From the IMG/VR virus record IMGVR_UViG_2149837021_000077, positions 1 through 13,038 of that record: a stretch of DNA of 13,038 nt. One strand, written 5' to 3'. Under the pieces are notes generated by a model. That model saw only the letters and a list, made by a program, of their open reading frames with translations. It was not told the DNA's origin and did not search any database. The DNA comes from a virus. A program made the position numbers and the translations under genes. Positions 7,839 through 13,038 of the stretch are shown here, in pieces (the stretch's first letter is position 1; each line of letters starts with the position of its first letter).

Positions 7839-10241
7839 TTATTCTACAATTAAATATTGTGTATTAGGATCTTTAGTTGATAAACCATCATACTCTGATT
7901 GAGTTAGAACAGTAATAGTATTTATTTGAGGTTGGGTTCCAGTTCCAGCTTCAATATAGTTTCCAGCAGGCTGAATACCTAAATCTGATAAACTCTTATT
8001 GCCAGATAACTCAACAGAATTAATCTGAGGTTTATTTGTTAACTGAGTATAGTCAGTAGTCCCTCCACCTCCAGATATTTCAAGATTACCTTCTCCTAAA
8101 ATACTTTCACCATTAATAGTCTTTATATTAGTCCCAGAGACTAATTGCTCCTGATAACTATGATAACTAGTATCTGCTGATACTCCAGTTGGAGTAATAG
8201 TAGTTTGAACTACAGTATGATTAGCTGTAGTACTTTCAAAATGGAAAATAGCTTGAATATTTTCTCCTGAAACAAAACATACTTCTGGAGCTGCTATATC
8301 ACCATAACCTAGAATATTTACATAATAAAGCTCAAATGGTGTTTTATTAGCTATAGCATTCTTAACAGCAGCGAAATCTCCAGAAAGATGAGTAGTGGAA
8401 TTTATAAATAGAAATGGAATATTAGAACCACTTTCAATTTCTATATTACCTTCTCCAAGTAAAGACTGACTATTGATTGTTTTGATATTAGTTCCACTTA
8501 CAAGTAAATCTTGCTTAGTAGCCATCTCTTTATCAAGTGAATCAATCTTATTTCCATCTTCTTCTTGCTTTGTTTTAATAATTGATATGTCTGAAGTATT
8601 AGTTGCTACTTGAGTAGATAAAGATTCTACCACAGAAGAATCAGCTTTACCAGCAAGTTCTGTTTTTGTTGCATAATCTCCTACAGGCTGTTTAGTAGCA
8701 AGCTGCTCATCAACATAAGTCTTATCTGCTTTACCTGCTAAATCTCCAGAAACCTCTGCTTCAGTTACAAAGTTAGAATCATTAGTAAGCTCACTAACTT
8801 TAGTTGGAATATCACTCTTTAAAGCATAATCTCCTTTATCTTGTTTTAGATCTATTTTTCCTTCTAAAGAAGTTTCTAATGTATTAACCTTATCATTAGT
8901 TGCATAAGTAGATAAATCTACAGATAATTGAGTCTTATCTTCATTAAAAGCTAATGGAGCTTGAGGAGCAAATACTCCTTGTTTTTCCTCAAGTTTGGCA
9001 TCTACTTCTTCTTTAGTATATCCTTTATTAATAAGATCAATCTCAGTAACTTTAACAGTCATATTACCATTATTTACTAAGATTGCATTAATAACTACTA
9101 ATACATCATTATCTTGGAAATAATAGCCATATAAATCAATAGTTTCAGGATGTTCAATAGTTGCAACAGGAATAACTATAATATCACCTTTATATGTAAT
9201 CTGGCAGAATAAATAGAAGTCCAGATTAGTTCTAATAAAGTCATAGATATGTTTCTGTCTTACAGGATCATTCTCATCTAAATTAAGTAAGAAATGATTC
9301 TCAAAAGCAGAGATTACATTATCTATAATAGATATATTCTTTCCTGCTGTAAGCGTTCCCTGTTTTGAAGCTATCTCTTTATTAATAGCTGTATTTAAAG
9401 CATCAATTTCAGCTTTGGTATATTTATCTGCTAATTGTGCGTATAGAGGGCCATTAACAATACCAGCTTGGTTAGTCTCTGTATTATATATTGGAAGTTC
9501 AACTGCTTCTCCAGTTTGATTACCAAATACAGGAGCTAAAGTAACTTTAGATGGGACTGATTGAATATTAATGGCAGGTACGATTGAAGCTGCTCCAGAT
9601 AATTCAGTTCCATTTAAAGATGGTTTGTTACGAATAGTATTATAATCTGCAGAAATAGTATTCTCTTCAATTACTATACCATCACCTTGGTTTAATTTAT
9701 TCTGTTTAGAATTTATTGCACTTTCAGTAGCTTCTTTTGTAAGATAATTATCTTCAACTCATTTTTCAGTAGCATATCCATCTAAGCTACTAATAAACCC
9801 ACTATCATTAGTTAATTGTGAAGTTTTTGTTGGTATCTCAGATTTATCAGCTTTATTGGCAACTGCATCTGAAATTTCATTTGTAACCTCTTCTTTAGTC
9901 GGATAATCAGCTAATCATTCAGTTATCTGATTATCAATATTTTCAGCACTTGGAATAGTACTCTTTATTTGCTCTAACTCAGAATTAATAGTAACAATAT
10001 CTTCAGATGACGCTAATCCCAACTCTTCCGAAGTCATATTACCATTTAACTCAATACTATTGATCTCAGGTTTATCCTGAAGATCAAAATAGCTATTAGT
10101 AGCTAACTGAGAACCATCCATAACCTTAACTTCATCATCCTTGTCAATAACAATAACTTTAGTCACATTTGACTTATCTATTGTTTCAACTTCAAGGACA
10201 TTAAGATAAGGAAGAATTGTCTTTTCAGTTTCGTTTGCCAT
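7839..10241 (-). CDS. long tail fibre protein, 800 aa, two in-frame TGA (9915-9917, 9759-9761)
   Basis: Track ORFs 9915..10241 and 7839..9062 are in phase. I translated all of 9063-9914 and found no TAA or TAG. Downstream of the TGA at 9759-9761, the 696 nt 9063-9758 are open with no ATG, GTG or TTG, which is why the track starts at 9062. Contexts are ...NQITE[W]LADYPTKEEV and ...GYATEK[W]VEDNYLTKE. Fibre motifs recur: NKPxINxxELxGN x3 and SGTNIKTINxxSxLGEGNxEI x2. Confidence 0.75.
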
Positions 10242-10242
10242 A

Positions 10243-10464
10243 TTATTTATTTTTATAAGATTCCTCTTGTTCTTTTAAATATCTTTCATTTGTTTCTGCA
10301 TCAATAACCCTATAAATAGATGTATCAAAGGTTAAAGGGCAATATAAAATAGTTGATGCACTATACTCTTTAATATCATCACCTTCTTTATATGAGGTGA
10401 TAAAATATCCTTCATCAGAGTATAACTTTATAAATATGCTAGTTTCAATATGTAAATGTTCCAT
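10243..10464 (-). CDS. small fibre-associated protein, 73 aa, paralogue of 6477..6713
   Basis: Intact ORF ending in TAA. Its start overlaps the upstream stop (TAATG at 10462-10466). It shares the EGYxxTxYKEGxDIKxYS...CPL core with the other copy. Confidence 0.65.
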   Translation of the reverse strand: MEHLHIETSIFIKLYSDEGYFITSYKEGDDIKEYSASTILYCPLTFDTSIYRVIDAETNERYLKEQEESYKNK

Positions 10465-11417
10465 TATGCTAATACCCAGTTTTTATTAGTAGCTATTTCT
10501 TTCTGTTTATCTGATAATTTTGCCAGATTGGTAGCTCCTAATGTTAAAGTTTTGCTATCCTCTCCAGTTAAATCAACCAATGCATTAATAACAGACATTA
10601 AAGAATCAGTAGTAAGATTGGTACTTGCTGATAGATATAATCCTGCTCTAAGTTCACCGTTTACTGTAATATTAGTAATTCCACCACATTTTGAAAATAT
10701 AGGATTTATTGAACTTTCTTGAGATGTGTATGATGGAATGTTTAATGTTACATCTGTTAATCTAATGCAATCTCCAAACATATTAGTAGTAGTTACTAAT
10801 TTAGGAGCGTCTAAATTAAGTGTTTTCAGGCTATTATATCCATATAAGGTACCTCTGCTAAACATATTAGACCCATCTGTTAATTCAGGCATTGGAATAG
10901 TGAATGATGTTAAATCAGCACATTCTGTAAACATATGTCTGCCATCTTCTAATTTAGGCAATTGCATAGTGAACTCCTTAATGTTTGATCTTTGACATTT
11001 ATATCTTCCATCAACTAAATTTTCTCAACCTACAACATTTGCAGGAACAGATGTTCCCGTAAACCTATATAAATTAACTACAGCTTGCGTAATATCATAA
11101 GTTGAAGAAGTTGGCACATTAATAGTAGCTTCAACTTTCTCCATAACATCATAATTAGAGTCAGGAAGAATCTCTATTGGTCCATTCTGAGTAATTGTAA
11201 TTGCTTTGGAAGCTTGAACTGTAGGAACTACTACATCAACAGATACATTTACCTTAGACATTCCATCATATCCCTCATCTGGCAGTACTTCAAACTCTGC
11301 ATTTTGAGTATATTCTACTGATTTTTCTTGTAACTTACATTCAGCAGCTTTAATTAAATCTAAATTTTTAGTTGTAGTATTTTTAGCTACTGGTTCTGAT
11401 GTGAATACTATTGCCAT
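10464..11417 (-). CDS. BspA-like leucine-rich-repeat tail fibre / receptor-binding protein paralogue 1, 317 aa, one in-frame TGA (11025-11027)
   Basis: Track ORFs 11025..11417 and 10464..10967 are in phase and the joint reads ...PANVVG[W]ENLVDGRYKCQRSNIKEFTMQLPKLEDG.... The N-terminus has a duplicated motif (EVLPDEGYDGMSKVNVSV and EILPDSNYDVMEKVEATINVP). The C-terminus has MFxxCxxLT-type LRRs and ends ...SDKQKEIATNKNWVLA, with the W as TGG at 10476-10478. Confidence 0.75.
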
Positions 11418-11460
11418 ATTATTTTTCTATAAAATATAAATTATTCATTATGTGGTATAT

Positions 11461-11497
11461 AAACAAAATAAGGGGCAAGTAAATTAATACTCGCCCC
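11461..11497 (-). terminator. intrinsic terminator after the capsid / 174-aa gene pair
   Basis: Minus-strand transcript has GGGGCGAGU-AUUAAUUU-ACUUGCCCC (9-bp stem including one G-U, 11472-11497) followed by UUAUUUUGUUU. It lies about 10 nt after the TAA at 11509-11511. Confidence 0.65.
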
Positions 11498-11508
11498 TCT
11501 TTCTGTTA

Positions 11509-12033
11509 TTAAGCACCTACAACGCTTTGGATAGCTTCTGCAGATAACTCATAAGGATAAGAGTCTGAATCTGTTGAAAGTGTCAGAGTATAAGCATTCT
11601 GATCACCTTTAGCAGTACCAGTAACACCCGTACCAGCGGAAGCGCTTACATAATCATCTTTACCTAAGAACCAATACTTACCATTGCTATCTTCAACAAC
11701 AACTGCAAGCTGACCAATTGATAAAGCTGCAATCTCTACTCGTTTTGCTGTTTCCATCTTTGTAAATACAAGAGCAAGCTCATTACTTACATAATTAACA
11801 CCAGCACTTTCATCTACATTTAAAGTTGAGGTTAGAGAACCAGTAGCCTTTCTAAATTGGTAGTTATACCATTTAGCTGAAGACTCAAGAGTAATAGCTG
11901 AAATCATATTGCTCTCAGGATCAACCGTTACACTTTTAACATCTGCATACTGGGTAATCCATACCTGTTTGATTCCACCCAATGAAGGTTGGCAATCAAG
12001 TGTGATTCCTGCGATAGTTATTAAACAAGCCAT
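11509..12033 (-). CDS. conserved virion protein, 174 aa, possibly a major tail / tube-like protein
   Basis: Intact ORF with no TGA, directly downstream of the capsid gene and upstream of a strong terminator. The pattern GGIKQVWITQY...YQFRKATGSLTSTL...ELALVFTKM...NGKYWFLG...TGTAKGDQNAYTLTL resembles small tail-tube proteins, from memory only. The CDS call is firm but the function is tentative. Confidence 0.6.
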   Translation of the reverse strand: MACLITIAGITLDCQPSLGGIKQVWITQYADVKSVTVDPESNMISAITLESSAKWYNYQFRKATGSLTSTLNVDESAGVNYVSNELALVFTKMETAKRVEIAALSIGQLAVVVEDSNGKYWFLGKDDYVSASAGTGVTGTAKGDQNAYTLTLSTDSDSYPYELSAEAIQSVVGA

Positions 12034-12073
12034 AATTTCAATATCATTTAGAAGTTAATAAAATCTATTGAAA

Positions 12074-12979
12074 TTAAGCCTTGGCGCCTAATACTACTTC
12101 GTCAGGGAAAGCAACTTGTACACCAGCGTTAAATTCAATAGCTAATCTGAACTCGCGGAAATCCTGTGAATACCACAATTCGAATTTCTCTTCATCGTTC
12201 ATCATATCTACACCATAGAAGAAGTTCTTGTCTAACTGACCAGCAACAATCTTATCAGTTCCATTAAGACCATTAACAGCAATAACCTTAACCTGTGAAC
12301 CAGGAAGATAAATCTCACCATTAAGGCTCTCTCCGCTATAGTGGAAATAGTTCTTCTCAACAAGTTCATTTACGAACTTACGGAACATATCAGCACCAAC
12401 AAGAATAGAAGCACCATCAAGAACCTTCTCAGGAATTGCATTATAAACTGCCATAATGTCAGTATAGGCAGATGTTCCAGCAATTGTTACATCTACAGTA
12501 CCAGCATCAGCAGCAAGAATCTTAAGCAGACCATCAAAATACTTCAAGTTATTAGTTTCTGAAGCCGTATCACCCTGCCAGATAGCTATCTCAATAGCCT
12601 CTTTTACGTTCTCTACAACAGCATTTACGAAATCCTCTTCAAAAGGAAGAGTCTTCTGACCAGCGGCTACCTTAACTGCATACTGAGTCCAGTATTTCAG
12701 CATAGCCTTATCGCAATATGCCATATTAATCTTAATATTACCAGTCTTAAGAATTCTCTGAGAAAGAGTCTGAGTTCCAGCCTCATCCCAACCACAAGTA
12801 AGACCATCACCGAACTGAACATCGGTAGATAACAGGTTAAGAGCAGCATCAGTTTTAATATCTGTCTGAAGATTAAACAAACTTGCACTCTTAGCTTTTA
12901 AAACCGCTTCCTTAATAAGAGGGAGACGTCTTTGCTCCACATAAGCAGGAAGAGTTGTCATTACAGGACTATTTGCCAT
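12074..12979 (-). CDS. major capsid protein, HK97-fold family, 301 aa
   Basis: Intact ORF ending in TAA. Its layout is typical of HK97-like capsid proteins (…IWQGDTA…YFDGLLKIL…, C-terminal …KFELWYSQDFREFRLAIEFNAGVQVAFPDEVVLG). All four Trp are TGG and it has no TGA. Confidence 0.8.
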   Translation of the reverse strand: MANSPVMTTLPAYVEQRRLPLIKEAVLKAKSASLFNLQTDIKTDAALNLLSTDVQFGDGLTCGWDEAGTQTLSQRILKTGNIKINMAYCDKAMLKYWTQYAVKVAAGQKTLPFEEDFVNAVVENVKEAIEIAIWQGDTASETNNLKYFDGLLKILAADAGTVDVTIAGTSAYTDIMAVYNAIPEKVLDGASILVGADMFRKFVNELVEKNYFHYSGESLNGEIYLPGSQVKVIAVNGLNGTDKIVAGQLDKNFFYGVDMMNDEEKFELWYSQDFREFRLAIEFNAGVQVAFPDEVVLGAKA

Positions 12980-13038
12980 AATTATTTAAAATTTTATAAA
13001 TTAACCAATAAAGTTTTTAAGCTTTCTATCTATTTCTG

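Noticed and set aside
10456-10995. Plus-strand ORFs 10456..10722 and 10726..10995
   Set aside because: They are antisense to the LRR fibre gene, whose minus-strand frame has clear repeat motifs and a conserved C-terminus.
506-11417. Reading the TGA-broken ORFs as pseudogenes, sequencing errors or frameshifted fragments
   Set aside because: All 15 breaks are the same codon and never shift the phase. No TAA or TAG appears in the joined frames. The breaks fall at positions where Trp is expected from a paralogue or a family motif.
506-11417. TGA = Gly (code 25) or selenocysteine instead of Trp
   Set aside because: The KNW paralogue uses TGG at the same position. The M15 motif expects an aromatic Trp before the His, and contexts such as YATEK-x-VEDNY suit Trp. 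Fifteen sites without obvious SECIS-like hairpins make Sec implausible. Gly cannot be formally excluded without alignments.
12341-12888. ORFs 12341..12562 (+) and 12697..12888 (-, off-frame) inside the capsid gene
   Set aside because: They are nested in or antisense to the capsid ORF, which has a convincing family-like sequence. Their products are low-complexity.
11509-12979. Impression that the capsid / 174-aa region is more G+C-rich than the rest
   Set aside because: Hand counts of a few 60-nt lines gave overlapping values between this region and the fibre genes. It needs a computed sliding-window GC profile, so I do not report it.
13001-13038. Possible 3' end of an upstream minus-strand gene (...EIDRKLKNFIG then TAA at 13001-13003)
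   Set aside because: Only 11 codons are visible at the window edge, which is too little to support a call.
1-13038. Search for tRNA (including a suppressor tRNA-UCA), CRISPR repeats, DGR template/variable repeats, integrase or transposase
   Set aside because: The intergenic gaps are short, with the largest at 153 nt. They lack T-loop-like GTTCRANYC elements and cloverleaf potential by eye, no spaced direct repeats are present, and no reverse transcriptase or recombinase-like ORF is seen. The suppression machinery must lie outside this window.

Overview
This AT-rich window is a bacteriophage late-gene block (virion structure, a large tail-fibre/receptor-binding locus, and lysis). It runs almost entirely on the minus strand and meets three tiny plus-strand ORFs at a bidirectional terminator near 484-511. 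The main result is that the supplied standard-code ORF track is fragmented. Fifteen in-frame TGA codons interrupt 8 of the 17 minus-strand genes, and hand translation shows each one joins same-phase reading frames with no TAA or TAG between them. None of the 20 CDS I call ends in TGA (19 TAA, 1 TAG). Two internal controls point to TGA = Trp. One TGA sits at the Trp just before the last Zn-ligand His of an M15 peptidoglycan peptidase. A C-terminal KNW motif is TGG in one fibre paralogue and TGA in two others. Re-joining the fragments gives, right to left on the minus strand: HK97-like major capsid protein, a 174-aa tail-tube-like protein, a terminator, an LRR-type fibre with a small partner gene, an 800-aa fibre, a second LRR-type fibre with a paralogous small partner, a coiled-coil fibre, a third fibre paralogue, a terminator, a 130-aa ORF, portal, an adaptor-like protein, a 141-aa protein, a 217-aa membrane-anchored protein with four TGAs that is absent from the ORF track, a 48-aa two-TM holin candidate, an M15 endolysin and an HNH endonuclease. 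I found no tRNA, rRNA, CRISPR array, integrase or transposase. Functional calls rest on motifs recalled from memory, not database searches, and all coordinates come from hand translation.
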